In this document: positions 49,824-61,355 of the stretch, piece by piece
Numbering within the stretch: position 1 is the first letter of the stretch
Layout: every line of letters begins with the position of its first letter
Assembly: GCA_943841885.1 (NCBI GenBank)
Contig: CALSZZ010000001.1
Span: forward strand, 382,253-446,252
Source: Candidatus Thalassarchaeaceae archaeon
Lineage (GTDB): Archaea; Thermoplasmatota; Poseidoniia; Poseidoniales; Thalassarchaeaceae
Length of the DNA: 64,000 nt
Reading direction: 5' to 3'
Notes under the pieces: generated by a model
Seen by the model: only the letters and a program-made list of their open reading frames with translations
Database searches by the model: none
Told to the model about the DNA's origin: nothing
Position numbers and translations under genes: made by a program

Positions 49824-51152
49824 ATGGATGAGAATAAACTACTGATTACTGATTCACGTCGTAGATATGACATAGATTGGTTACGTGTTATCTTATTTGG
49901 GTTATTAATTTGGTTTCATTATGCTGTTTTCTCTCTTGAACAACTTAACGATAGTGAGATGGAATTATTCAACATTCCACTATATTTTATCATTACAGTA
50001 ATGCATCAATGGAGACTAGCTGCATTATTCATTATTTCGGGAATGGGAACAGCATTCGCTTTTCGAAGAAGAACATGGAAAACTTACATCAATGAAAGAT
50101 TTATCAGGCTTGGTTTACCATTACTATTCGGCACATATATTCTATTTTTTGGAGTTTTTAGTCCAATTGATTCTACAATTAGGTTATTCAGCATATTTCC
50201 TGGTTCTGATGATATGCCATATGGACATCTTTGGTTTATCTATAATTTACTTATTTACTCTGTTTTACTAACTCCATTATTTACTCATGTCAGAAATAAT
50301 CCCAGTGGAAAAATTGTAATATTTGTGCGTTCTATATTCAATATTCGTTACGGATTAGGGATCTTATTTTTACCCCCTATAATACTCAGTATAAATGGCA
50401 TTTTATTCAAACCATGGGAGTTTGGAGAAGTTGGCATGTGGTGGGAATTCCCACGCTATCTACTTTATTTCTTATTCGGATTTCTAATGATTTCTGTTAA
50501 AGAAGACTTCTTCAAAGTTATTGATAAAATAAGATTTTCAATCACCATCTTTACACCCTTTCTAGCTATTGTTTGGTTTCTATCAATTGATGAATTCGGA
50601 ATACCAAATGTAATGGAGGGGGGGTGGATGAAAAGTCCTCAGTGTATTCTTGAAAGCAGTGCTGGAACTCTTGCCTGTTCAGCATTTTCATTGGAAGCTA
50701 TGCTGGCTGCTTTTATTCAGTCTTTTCATGCTTGGTTCTGGTGTTTATTCATATTCAGTTGGGCATCTAAACTAATTAATCGGCCCAGTAAGTGGTTAGT
50801 ATACCTTAATGAAGCAGTTTACCCGACCTATATTGTCCATCTCCATCTAACATTTCTGCCCATTACTATTTTTGGGATTATTGGTCTAAATTATTATGTT
50901 GGTTTGACTTTAGGTACAATATTTGTTATGTTTACAGTAATGTTCTGCTTTGAGATTTCTAGACGAGCCGTCTGGGCAAGACCATTATTTGGAATCAAAG
51001 GTGGATTCTCAGAAGTAAAGAAATTATTTCCATATAATTTAATCGATGACCCTACAACTAATGTAATTATTTCTTTAATATTTCATCTCTTCACATTAGC
51101 AATGATTATTGGTCTATGGGTCTTTTTCTTAGGAGGATTGAGTATTTCCTGA
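49824..51152 (+). CDS. acyltransferase family 3 (OpgC-like) membrane protein
   Basis: RRYDIDWLR, LFIISG, ERFIRLGLP, HLWFI, YPTYIVH. Confidence 0.88.
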   Translation: MDENKLLITDSRRRYDIDWLRVILFGLLIWFHYAVFSLEQLNDSEMELFNIPLYFIITVMHQWRLAALFIISGMGTAFAFRRRTWKTYINERFIRLGLPLLFGTYILFFGVFSPIDSTIRLFSIFPGSDDMPYGHLWFIYNLLIYSVLLTPLFTHVRNNPSGKIVIFVRSIFNIRYGLGILFLPPIILSINGILFKPWEFGEVGMWWEFPRYLLYFLFGFLMISVKEDFFKVIDKIRFSITIFTPFLAIVWFLSIDEFGIPNVMEGGWMKSPQCILESSAGTLACSAFSLEAMLAAFIQSFHAWFWCLFIFSWASKLINRPSKWLVYLNEAVYPTYIVHLHLTFLPITIFGIIGLNYYVGLTLGTIFVMFTVMFCFEISRRAVWARPLFGIKGGFSEVKKLFPYNLIDDPTTNVIISLIFHLFTLAMIIGLWVFFLGGLSIS

Positions 51153-51153
51153 G

Positions 51154-53694
51154 TTATGAAATAACTAATTTACCATTATTTTTAATAATCTTCTTGATTG
51201 AGAATTCCATTCCTAGGGAAAGCAAAACTGCAATAATCTGAAATATAGAGAATACAATATTCCAAGTTAAACTAAATACAAGTCTTGGGAATGGTGGTGC
51301 GAATGCTAAAGTTGCAAAACAACCTACCAATTGTAGAGATAGTGCAAGGGCATAAGGGCGGAGTGAAAGATTCCTCTGTCTTAATTTTGATACTATTGCT
51401 GTAGAAGAAAGTAGTAGTGGCAAGGATATCAAAATAGCCATCCATACTGTAGGAGGATTATCTCTAGCCCCTACATATCCGCCTTTTACAATAAGTCTAC
51501 CAGGATCGAGTTCCCTTGGATGGGGGAGAGCCCATGCCTCTAAGCCATTTACTTGACCGAGCATTGTCCACCAAAGTGTCCATATCACCAGAGGGAGAAT
51601 TGCTGCAGCAATGAATGGTTTAGCATTTTTTAGATTATATTTTTCCAACGTAATCCATTTCCATTCTGTTCGCATTAGTACATCAATTGAAGATATTATT
51701 AACAGAGTTATAGCTGATGACCAAGCCCCCCACGTTAGAACTAATAGACCGCCTAATGCGGCAATATCGAGTTCTTTTGGTAATTTTATATTGAATAATT
51801 TGTCAGGGATAATATTTGCTCGTTGAGAGATTCCTACGATACCCATAATCAATATGGTTAGTAGAGAAATTATATCAATTAAAGAAATTTCAATCCAATT
51901 TACAAACAGTATTAGTAATAACCAAAGTGAAGTAAAAATACCTTCTATTTTGTATTCTTCTGAATTACTAAGATATCTATAAACGGGACCAGTTATTGAA
52001 AGAATAAGAATACTAAATATCAAATTCATATTATTATCTGGCCAGCCAGATTGGACTAAATGTAAAACCCAGTGTTCTCCAACAAGCCTTTCATGAACTC
52101 CCATAATAGCTAGTAAGGAAATGCTTCCCAGTGCTAATAAAGAATATTTTTCATGATTAGTTTGAAAATTATCGCTAGTTTTAAATCTACGATTTATAAT
52201 AATCCAAGTTAGAGGTATTAAAGTAAACCACAGCCTTATACTACTGAAACTTAGAACTAAAGCGGCAGCTAACCATGGCCACCATTCTGGCATAGTACTA
52301 ATCCATTTATGCTGTTTCTTCTTTGAATTAAGATTCGGGTATTCATTATTATTTAATGACCACCAAACTATCCAAATTGATGAAAAGGCTCCTATGAGTC
52401 TAGGAAAAATTGTCACATACCCAATAAAGGCATGACTCATTATCATCACCGTTAAAACGGTTATGAATATTGCAGAAACTCTACGTTCTTCAATAGTTTT
52501 TGGAATCCCCATTCCAACTAATAAAATTGCTGAAGCGGCAAGAAGGCTCCATGTACTGGCTGAAATTAATAAATCTATGAATCTGGTAAACTCAGCATCT
52601 ATTGGTATCTTATCCCATTCAATTATATCAGGACGTATGTCATTTGCTGCAGGCCTATCTATAGATTGAAGAAAAATTTGTCTTTCATATGCAGCTTGCC
52701 AATTCCACATATCAAGTTCAGCTCTTTCTATTGCAGAAATATCAAGAATATCTAGTGGTATTTGGCCATGTAATTGAACTGGGAAGGGTAGATTAAGTAC
52801 AGCTATAGTCAGTGCTGGAATATCACGTTGATGGCCTTCTGAATGTGAACCAGGAATAATACTAGGGCCCCAAACTAATGCAGCAACTTCTCTAGTTACA
52901 TCTTGAGATGAGCCATGAGTTCCTAGTTTTGTCATACCATGATCAGCAGTAACAAGAATTGTCCAGTTTTCTGGAACTGCGTCTAAAACCTCATCAATTA
53001 GACCATCTATATGTGTAATTTTTTCTGAATACTTCTCTCCAGTAGTTCCCCATCTATGACCTACCTTGTCTGGTCCTGAAAAATGAGCTCCAATTACGTT
53101 ATAAGAATCATTTTCAAACCATTCAAATAAGACATCAGCAGTATCTTCATCTCCTTGATAATAGTCTGCATGACCAAGGAAAGTGTTTGTGAATTGTAAG
53201 TCTTGCATTTCTCCATACATATTTCCAAAAACATAACTACCGACTAATCCAACATCATATAGTGGGCTATTACTTGATGCAAGCGTCCACGCATCATCGC
53301 CACCAGGGTGTTCTAAATTGAAATTTCGAAGTCCATCACTCGGAGAATTAGGTACACCATTCATAATTTCAGAGACACAGGTAGCTGAAAGAGTAAGTGG
53401 TCCAGTCCTCAAATGAAGAGTGGCACCACTTTCTCTTCGCTCATTTAACAATGGCATACTCTCTTCATTAAGCATCCAACCTTCACCGACTCCATCAAGA
53501 ATAATTAGAATAAACCCTTCACTAAGAGGTTCGTGACTAGAGGGCGGGAGGATAGTTATTCCTTCTGGAGTTTCGGAATCGAGTAAAACATGAGGTGCAG
53601 TAACAAATAAAGGTATAATTAGCATTAAAGTAAGATAGGTAAATGGTCTTGAACGAATTATATCTGCTAATTGGTTAGATTTGGTGTCACTCAC
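51154..53694 (-). CDS. alkaline-phosphatase-superfamily membrane protein, GPI ethanolamine-phosphate transferase-like
   Basis: LIILDG, PLTLS, HFSGPDKVGH and TADHGM...GTHG, followed by many TM helices. Confidence 0.75.
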   Translation of the reverse strand: MSDTKSNQLADIIRSRPFTYLTLMLIIPLFVTAPHVLLDSETPEGITILPPSSHEPLSEGFILIILDGVGEGWMLNEESMPLLNERRESGATLHLRTGPLTLSATCVSEIMNGVPNSPSDGLRNFNLEHPGGDDAWTLASSNSPLYDVGLVGSYVFGNMYGEMQDLQFTNTFLGHADYYQGDEDTADVLFEWFENDSYNVIGAHFSGPDKVGHRWGTTGEKYSEKITHIDGLIDEVLDAVPENWTILVTADHGMTKLGTHGSSQDVTREVAALVWGPSIIPGSHSEGHQRDIPALTIAVLNLPFPVQLHGQIPLDILDISAIERAELDMWNWQAAYERQIFLQSIDRPAANDIRPDIIEWDKIPIDAEFTRFIDLLISASTWSLLAASAILLVGMGIPKTIEERRVSAIFITVLTVMIMSHAFIGYVTIFPRLIGAFSSIWIVWWSLNNNEYPNLNSKKKQHKWISTMPEWWPWLAAALVLSFSSIRLWFTLIPLTWIIINRRFKTSDNFQTNHEKYSLLALGSISLLAIMGVHERLVGEHWVLHLVQSGWPDNNMNLIFSILILSITGPVYRYLSNSEEYKIEGIFTSLWLLLILFVNWIEISLIDIISLLTILIMGIVGISQRANIIPDKLFNIKLPKELDIAALGGLLVLTWGAWSSAITLLIISSIDVLMRTEWKWITLEKYNLKNAKPFIAAAILPLVIWTLWWTMLGQVNGLEAWALPHPRELDPGRLIVKGGYVGARDNPPTVWMAILISLPLLLSSTAIVSKLRQRNLSLRPYALALSLQLVGCFATLAFAPPFPRLVFSLTWNIVFSIFQIIAVLLSLGMEFSIKKIIKNNGKLVIS

Positions 53695-53798
53695 ATATAA
53701 TCGTAAATGACTTATAATTAAATAAGATTGGTGAAATTATTTAATTAGAGGTAGATAATTATAGTATTCGTCATTTTTGATAAATTATATTGAATAAT

Positions 53799-54020
53799 TT
53801 ATGCTAATGATTCATTTACCTGATTAATGATTACAGATGTAGACCATCCTTCTTCATGATGATAATGTGGATTGAAGCCGGTGTAAAGATTAGTGATATG
53901 ATCGTCAAATTCAACATTTAATTTAGGGTATTCAAGTTTTGTCTTCAATATTACTGAATCTATTAAATTGTATAAATCAATCAAATTCTCGGCAACTAGT
54001 CTGTGACGTGCGATTTTCAT
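53799..54020 (-). CDS. hypothetical small protein
   Basis: 73-aa ORF co-oriented with neighbours. Confidence 0.5.
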   Translation of the reverse strand: MKIARHRLVAENLIDLYNLIDSVILKTKLEYPKLNVEFDDHITNLYTGFNPHYHHEEGWSTSVIINQVNESLA

Positions 54021-54084
54021 ATCTGACTAGTGATGGACTATGCTTGAATAGTTTACTAAAAATAACTAAATTAAAAAGTCCTAT

Positions 54085-55596
54085 CTAACTATTTTCTGGA
54101 GGATAAAATTCAGTTAGCATACCTACTGACTCATATAAACTTGGACCATTACCAAGGTAGTAAACTGAACCTAGACTGTTTCGAGAATCTTCGGCTGTAG
54201 AATTGAGATTTTCTGCACAACTATCAGTACAACCATCTGCAAATGCAACATAGACACGTCCATCTCTATCAATATGTAAATCATTAAAGTCAAGTAAATT
54301 TCTGTTAGAACCACCGATATCTCTACAATCTCCACTATTCAGACATATACTTCCTACCTGAACAGGATCCGGAGAAACTCTGATTGTATGAAAAATTGGA
54401 TTTGTATCTAAAGCATTTAAACTGAATGTAATGTAGAGGTAATAACTAACATTACTAGATGCATAGTGTGGATTTCCATCCCAAGGTTCTCCATCAATAT
54501 TTGAAAGATTTAACTCACTGGAATTCTCACTACCTAGATATGTAATTGCTATCCTTCCTGGATCTCCAGCATCAATTTGAGGAAAGGTAGTAGATATTAC
54601 TTCTACAGGACTAATTCTAATACTTTCTTGTTCCCATGATTCACCAGAGTCTACACTATGTGACATGTATACGCCAAAATCTTGTCCTGACCATATGTGA
54701 TATGCATTGGAATTTGTATCAGTAGCGACTTCAGAGTTTTTACGAGGATTAGGAGTCCCTACATCTTCTCCCATTTCACGAGTTTCCCAAGATAAGCCAT
54801 TATCTTTAGAAAAAATTACTGCAGGAGTTTCAACTCTAGGAGTTACATATACAGTTCCATCAGGGGCAGTGGTAATTGCACCATGTAAGCCTCCATTTGT
54901 AGTAGCAAGTCCGAATATCTGACCACCTACTTCGAAAGTAGCACCTCCGTCAAAGCTAGTGTAACAGAATATTCCTGCAAGTTTATTATAACAAAAATAT
55001 ACAGCTTCATCATAAAGTGGTGTCATTACACCAGGTATTCCATACCCGTCACTAGTCCAAGGCCCGGTTGCAAGTTTAATATGATCATTTAGTGGGAGTG
55101 GACCAGAATCATGCGGGTTTCCCAACCACGATTCTCCATCATTATCCGACCATCCAATCCAAGTTGATTCTAGACCCATCATGTGTATATTAAAAACTCG
55201 ATCAGTGACTGGATCTACCCAACCATATGGATCACTAGTGAAAGGTGCCTGAGTGAAATCTCGAGTATTCTCCCATGTCAAACCATGATCGCATGAACGC
55301 ATTGGTAATTCCATGGCAATGAAAAATATACAACCACTGGAAGTTATTCCTATGCTAGGTTCTGGACCGTCTTCGCCAACATTACTAAAAACAAAATCAA
55401 ATGGAATTTCTAAAAAGCTCTCGTAGAGATTGATGTCGACTGCCATGCCATTTCCATATGTAACAAATTCACCATCTATTCGAGATTGTTTATCAGAAAA
55501 TATTGAGTTTACATTGGATTGAAGACAGCCGGAAAGAGATATAGTTATCATCATAATACTGATGACTGAGGCAAAGTACTTCATATTACCATCCAA
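54085..55596 (-). CDS. BNR/Asp-box (sialidase-like beta-propeller) lipoprotein
   Basis: SLSGC lipobox; five SxDxGxxW/F boxes. Confidence 0.82.
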   Translation of the reverse strand: MDGNMKYFASVISIMMITISLSGCLQSNVNSIFSDKQSRIDGEFVTYGNGMAVDINLYESFLEIPFDFVFSNVGEDGPEPSIGITSSGCIFFIAMELPMRSCDHGLTWENTRDFTQAPFTSDPYGWVDPVTDRVFNIHMMGLESTWIGWSDNDGESWLGNPHDSGPLPLNDHIKLATGPWTSDGYGIPGVMTPLYDEAVYFCYNKLAGIFCYTSFDGGATFEVGGQIFGLATTNGGLHGAITTAPDGTVYVTPRVETPAVIFSKDNGLSWETREMGEDVGTPNPRKNSEVATDTNSNAYHIWSGQDFGVYMSHSVDSGESWEQESIRISPVEVISTTFPQIDAGDPGRIAITYLGSENSSELNLSNIDGEPWDGNPHYASSNVSYYLYITFSLNALDTNPIFHTIRVSPDPVQVGSICLNSGDCRDIGGSNRNLLDFNDLHIDRDGRVYVAFADGCTDSCAENLNSTAEDSRNSLGSVYYLGNGPSLYESVGMLTEFYPPENS

Positions 55597-55651
55597 AAGC
55601 CATTAGGAGATTATATTATCCATTAGTAGGTCAGAGAAAATAGTAAAATTT

Positions 55652-57492
55652 TTACTCACTTTTGTGAATAAAGAAGTCAGATTTAATTTGTTCTTCGAGT
55701 TTGTTCCATAATTTATCCATATCTGTCATTGTCTTCACTAAATGGATTTACAATTGGGGTTACGTATAAACAGTCGTTTAAAATTAAGAGTAATAATTTA
55801 CTAAAAAAGAATTGATTTTTTAGATTCTTCTGGAATATTTGCCACCAAGGCAATAAAGATTAATATTATCACAAAGGTAAATTCTGACCTTAAAATAAGG
55901 TTTTCAGAGTTTTTTCTATATATATGGCAAATGGTATAAATTATTAAGGCAAAAATAATAGAAAATATATCAATACTGATTAATTAAAAGGTACCAATTA
56001 CTTGTAAACTTACGAATATTATTGGTAAAAGAACGTATGAGGCATACACATTCCTATCTAATAATGCATCAAAACTTCTTTGCTCTGAACTAATGTATTT
56101 GTAGAATGTAGTTATTGATGAAACTACTATAATTAATGAGAAAAAAATACTTGATTCAGACAATAGTACAATATTTAGTGATGCGGCAAGAATTACTAAC
56201 GAGGGACCAAAAATATTCCCAAATCTACCTCTACTTTGGCCCCAATAACCTAATGCTAATATTAAAGGAAATAGTATTAAGCTCGATGCTGTGGTTGAAT
56301 CAAGAGTGAAATCACCGATATTTATCAAATCAATTTCATTTTCTACTCCTATAACACTTGAAATGAGCCAAGCGATAATCATAGCAAAATATGTTGCTTT
56401 TACTACCCAATCTCGGGCTTGTTCTCTTGTTTCTAAATAAATAAATGCCAAAAATCCGATAAACCAACCAATTAATGATGCTTCTGCAGATAACAAAGTT
56501 AGTGAAAGGGCAAGACCTATTGGCATAGCAGGAGTTCGTAACATGGCCGTAGGTGCGAACCAACCAATCAATAGTGATACCCATAACCAGAAGGTTAATC
56601 CAAAAGGATCAGGGCTATCTATTAATCCTACAAAAACATATGATGTTTGATTACCTGCTGCAATAATTTGTGCGAATAAAATAGCTGAAACAACGACTCC
56701 AGAACCTCTTTCAATCATCTGTTGAGAGAGGCCTTTATCTGTAGCAGTTATTCCTATTATTATAACGAATGGAACTAGTAAGCTTAAGTGTTCAAAATTA
56801 TAAATTCCCAATAATAGGGGAAGGACAACTGCTAAGCCTGACGATAGTAAATATAATGCTGATCTATTAAGGCGAAGTGATGCTAGTATCGAACTTGTCA
56901 TTAACAATATAAATGAAGAAGTTAGAAAAATATCTAAAATACCATTAGAATAATCCATCCATATCGATATTGCACTAAATGCTAGACTGATTGGCGCTAA
57001 AATAACAATAGTCCTAGGTAGTGTCCCTAATGAATGCCTATTAATCATTTTAATACTTATTTCCATTACTATAATTATAGAAATTGTTTGAAGTAATGAA
57101 AGCCATACTGGAATCCATATCTCACTATCTTGAATCTCGATCCATTCATTTTCTATTCCCATAAAGAAAACTAAAAATCTAGAGAGCCATATTACTGAAA
57201 GAGAACCCATTAAAACAGCAGTAGCCGCAGAATATTCTTCAATTGCATTTTCATTTCTTTATTGCCCCTTTGTTCTGTTCAACCATTCGTGAAATATTAT
57301 GCAAGATATTGCGGTAGCACCTGTAACAATTCCTAGAGTTAAATATGCATAATCACTAGTTACATTAACTATTGTTACGTAATAAATTGCGTATGCTAAT
57401 AAGAATCCCCCCGCACCCAGAGAAGCATAAAATCCGTAAAGAGAAGTATCTGTTTCTGAATTCAAAACAGTTTTATCCGGATATTCATACAT
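55652..57492 (-). pseudogene. large multi-pass membrane protein broken by in-frame stops
   Basis: ORFs 57259..57492 and 55984..57210 are in one frame separated by a single TAA; the frame continues 61 codons past TAA 55984 to TAG 55801; further remnant to 55652. Confidence 0.75.
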
Positions 57493-57594
57493 AAATCATC
57501 TTCAAGCAGGCTTGCTTTAGAGTTGTCTACGGATTCATAAAAAATAATATAAATATAACAATTTATTAAATACATCAGATAATGTCGTTGTGGT

Positions 57595-57825
57595 ATGGGC
57601 ATTGACTGGATTAGCCAAAGTGACAAGATGGTTGAGGTCTGCTCAAATTGTTTTAGCCCTAGAATAACTCCATATATGGGTTATGAAACTGGTAAGAGAT
57701 TTATTTGTCAGGATTGTGATAACATCAGTATGGTGACAATAGAATTTTCAAATTTAGAATCATTAGTATTATTTCTAAAAGAAAAAAGAGAACAAGAAAA
57801 TATAGATAATTCGACCAGTAAATAG
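57595..57825 (+). CDS. small archaeal zinc-ribbon protein
   Basis: CSNC...ICQDC. Confidence 0.68.
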   Translation: MGIDWISQSDKMVEVCSNCFSPRITPYMGYETGKRFICQDCDNISMVTIEFSNLESLVLFLKEKREQENIDNSTSK

Positions 57826-57858
57826 TAATTTATTTTTTAAATAGTCATATTTTTTGTC

Positions 57859-59988
57859 TTAACCCCAACTTAGGTTATCTGAAGTAAATGTACAATCACC
57901 ATTGCATGTATCTAGAATATCTTGCATTTGTAAATATGCAAAAGCCATATCACGAGCAATTTTTAGTGCACCTATTGCATTATGTGCTGGATGTGGTTCT
58001 TCTCCATATTCATTCCCATCTGGCGCATGTATATATCCTCCATCAAAGAAAACTCCTACTGAACCCTCATGTGATTCATTGACTATTTCGATACCATATG
58101 GAATTATAGTTGAGGAATCCAGAATCGGGATATTAGCTGTCCTCATCATCCTAGATGATGAAATATTGGAGATTTGTAAATCACCGATAGAGAATAATGT
58201 CATTAATTCATAAGGTTCGACTTGATCGAGATATCCTTCTTCTCTAAGAGAGAGGAATGTATCTGATTCAACTGAATCCCAAAGAGATTGCATGATTGAA
58301 ATTGCTACTGCTCTATCTAATTGACTCGAGTATCCATATTCGCTTGCAAAAATAAAATGAAATCTGTCATATTGAGTACATCTTTCTATAATATGTGAAA
58401 AGGAGGAGCCTCCAGCCCATAGTACTCCTCTGTTAAGATCTGGCGAAAGTCCGATTATCGATGGTCCCCTAATAGCGCCATTAGAATATCCAGTATATAC
58501 TGGATTGGAATTATCTATTAAGCTACTACCATTGTAATATAATTCAGGTAAATCAGCACAAACACCCATGAATGATTTAATCATCACTACTTGATTAATC
58601 ATAGATTGTTCTAATCTTTCTGCTTGATGTTGGAATTTCTCCATATCCAATACTGCATATTCTATGCTTATGGTGTCATCACTTGACCAGCCATAAAAAC
58701 TAGTTCCTAACATGGCAGCATTATTTTGATTAGCCCAGCCTTGTAATCCAGAAGTATCGCCAGTTCCAAGGAAACCATGCCCCCAAATAGTCAAGTCCGC
58801 CGGGTTAGAGATAGCAGTATTAGGAATTACTAACCAAAACGGTATTTCCCTATTTTCCACGAAAACAGGTGTTCGATCAGTATCTGAAGTTCTTCGGATT
58901 AATGTCGGAGGAAAAAATGATTCAGTATACTGAGGGGCTGTATAAGTACCTGTAAGCATCCAATGGCTTCTATTACCATCTTCGTCTAATACTTCTTCGT
59001 TTGTTTCAAGAGTACAACCTATTCCATTTTCACCAATTCTCTCTAAAGCATCATTTCTCATAGAAAGTAATGGACCAATTAACGATTCTGTAGATGCGGT
59101 ATTGAAAACCCATGCTGTTTGTAAAGAACTAATTGACCTATCAGTATTTTCATCTATCCATGTAAATAATTCTTCAAAATCAGATCTCCTATCTTCTATA
59201 TCAGGAGAATTAGTTATTACATCATCTCGAAGAGCAGCGAAGCCAACTGGAGCTTCTATGTAAGTATCATTTGAATCTTTAAGATCTGTGAATAATATTA
59301 CATAGGAGGTATTATGATCTAATGCTTTGATAGTTCTTAGATGAATTATTGATGGTTCATTTTCATCAGATCTGATATCTATTTCGGTCCAATGTGGGAT
59401 TAATTCTCCTGTATCTTGGTTGATTATCATCGAAGGATGTCCATTTTCAAGACTTTTTTCGATATTATATTGTCCAGCCATCTTAGAAACATCGGGGTCT
59501 GTATCAAAAGCTGTCATTATCTGAGTATTTGGACTAGCACCATCTATTTGATTAATAATGGGGAGATTTATTTGTGAAACTGTCCCAGAACTTGGTATTG
59601 TATTAGACGAATATGAAATTCTTTTACCGGTATTGGTAGAATCATCATCAACTAAAAAGGCATCAGATGGGAATGGTAACATACAATGTATTGGATTGGT
59701 ATTATCACACCCATCTCTGTGAGGTATTGAAAGTAAATCATCGGCGGGATCGTCAGGGAATTCACAACTATCATCTGAAATTGTAGCATTTTCATTATAA
59801 TTAATCGCGGTAATGTCCATACAACCTGTCAATGGAAGAATAGGTTGAATATCTTCAGCTTCTTTTTCATCATCATTATTCCCTAAACATCCAGCCGATA
59901 TTAACATCATGGCAATTATTAAAACAGTTAAAATTTGATTTTTTATTGGTAACATTACTTTTGACCTCATTATGTGTTGAAACAACAC
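57859..59988 (-). CDS. secreted lipoprotein with alpha/beta-hydrolase-like C-domain
   Basis: SAGC lipobox, GCMD..AINY...A..DDSC module, LPFPSD, GHGFLG, GYSNG. Confidence 0.75.
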   Translation of the reverse strand: MLFQHIMRSKVMLPIKNQILTVLIIAMMLISAGCLGNNDDEKEAEDIQPILPLTGCMDITAINYNENATISDDSCEFPDDPADDLLSIPHRDGCDNTNPIHCMLPFPSDAFLVDDDSTNTGKRISYSSNTIPSSGTVSQINLPIINQIDGASPNTQIMTAFDTDPDVSKMAGQYNIEKSLENGHPSMIINQDTGELIPHWTEIDIRSDENEPSIIHLRTIKALDHNTSYVILFTDLKDSNDTYIEAPVGFAALRDDVITNSPDIEDRRSDFEELFTWIDENTDRSISSLQTAWVFNTASTESLIGPLLSMRNDALERIGENGIGCTLETNEEVLDEDGNRSHWMLTGTYTAPQYTESFFPPTLIRRTSDTDRTPVFVENREIPFWLVIPNTAISNPADLTIWGHGFLGTGDTSGLQGWANQNNAAMLGTSFYGWSSDDTISIEYAVLDMEKFQHQAERLEQSMINQVVMIKSFMGVCADLPELYYNGSSLIDNSNPVYTGYSNGAIRGPSIIGLSPDLNRGVLWAGGSSFSHIIERCTQYDRFHFIFASEYGYSSQLDRAVAISIMQSLWDSVESDTFLSLREEGYLDQVEPYELMTLFSIGDLQISNISSSRMMRTANIPILDSSTIIPYGIEIVNESHEGSVGVFFDGGYIHAPDGNEYGEEPHPAHNAIGALKIARDMAFAYLQMQDILDTCNGDCTFTSDNLSWG

Positions 59989-60061
59989 TATCTCTTTGCA
60001 CTAATCAATAGGTTAAGAAAGTCTTCATTAAAATATAATAAGAATAGGCTTTATACTAATG

Positions 60062-61282
60062 TCAATTGAATTTGGATATATCAAAATCATCTTCTTTGAC
60101 TAAATTTTTTGTTACTTCTGGTAAGGGATACTTCAATCCCGTTGCAGTGTTAAATAATATTACTTTATCAGTTTTATCAATTAATCCTTTTTCAAGAGAT
60201 ATTTCATATGCTGCAAATGTTGCAGCTCCTTCTGGAGAAAGTAAAAGTCCATCAGTTTGACCTACATGTTCGCATATCTTAGTGATATGTTCATCTGTAA
60301 CTGAGATTGCAAATCCTCCAGATTCTTTTACAGCATCTAAGATAAGAAAATCCCCAATTGCAGAAGAAACACGTATCCCACTCGCTAAAGTTTCTGCATT
60401 ATGCCAAAATTCTGCATGTCTATTACCTTCGTCCCATGCCTTAACTATAGGAGCACATCCTGTAGACTGAACTGCTATCATTCTCGGTAATTTACAATCT
60501 ATCCATCCTAATTCAAGTAATTCATGGAAAGCTTTCCACATTCCAATAAGGCCTGTTCCTCCTCCTGTAGGATAAAATATAACGTCTGGTAAATTCCATC
60601 CTAATTGCTCTGCTAACTCAAGGCCCATTGTCTTTTTTCCTTCAATTCTATAGGGTTCTTTTAGAGTTGAAACTGCAAACCATCCAATTTGTTCTTTTCC
60701 TTCATTAATAATTGAGCCACAATCTCCTATCAATCCATTGACTAAAAATGTATCAGCACCTTGGGCTAAAGTCTCAGAAGTATTGATTACAGGAGTATTA
60801 TCCGGACATAGGACGGTTGATTTCAAGCCGGCTCTTGCTGCATATGCTGCTAGTGCAGAGCCTGCATTCCCATTAGTTGGTATAGCTAGGTGTTGGAAGC
60901 CAAATTCTTTTGCCATTGACACAGCCATACCTAAACCCCTGGCTTTGAATGAGCCAGTAGGAAGACGTGATTCATCCTTGAAAATTACATTACCATGATT
61001 TACATGTAAGTGGTCTATACTACTTTTTAGTGTTATAAGAGGAGTAATGACTTCACCAAGTGACACCTTATTATCGGGATTAGAAACTGGCAGAAGTGGT
61101 AAATATCTCCAGAAACCTGGTTCAGTAGAGTTTTCTATATCTTCTCTAGTAATTTCTTTTTTCATTCTTTTTAAATCATACTTAACCAAAAGTGGTTTGC
61201 CAGCTGGTGATAGAGTATGAGGAATACCTTTCTCAACAATTTCTCCAGTAAAGGCACATTCCAGATGAGTGACATAGTTCAT
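60062..61282 (-). CDS. thrC: threonine synthase (PLP fold-type II)
   Basis: LPTGSFKARG PLP-Lys, GNAG, EGKKTMG, PTGGGTG, PEGAA. Confidence 0.85.
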   Translation of the reverse strand: MNYVTHLECAFTGEIVEKGIPHTLSPAGKPLLVKYDLKRMKKEITREDIENSTEPGFWRYLPLLPVSNPDNKVSLGEVITPLITLKSSIDHLHVNHGNVIFKDESRLPTGSFKARGLGMAVSMAKEFGFQHLAIPTNGNAGSALAAYAARAGLKSTVLCPDNTPVINTSETLAQGADTFLVNGLIGDCGSIINEGKEQIGWFAVSTLKEPYRIEGKKTMGLELAEQLGWNLPDVIFYPTGGGTGLIGMWKAFHELLELGWIDCKLPRMIAVQSTGCAPIVKAWDEGNRHAEFWHNAETLASGIRVSSAIGDFLILDAVKESGGFAISVTDEHITKICEHVGQTDGLLLSPEGAATFAAYEISLEKGLIDKTDKVILFNTATGLKYPLPEVTKNLVKEDDFDISKFN

Positions 61283-61355
61283 GAATTAGGTAGTGAGTAC
61301 TGATTAATATCTTTTCTATGAACATATTTAATGGAGTAATAGTAGGGCGAGGAAT

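Noticed and set aside
24242-57261. TAA recoding or read-through suggested by several in-frame TAA codons
   Set aside because: TAA is the normal stop for many intact genes here; AT-biased nonsense mutation explains it
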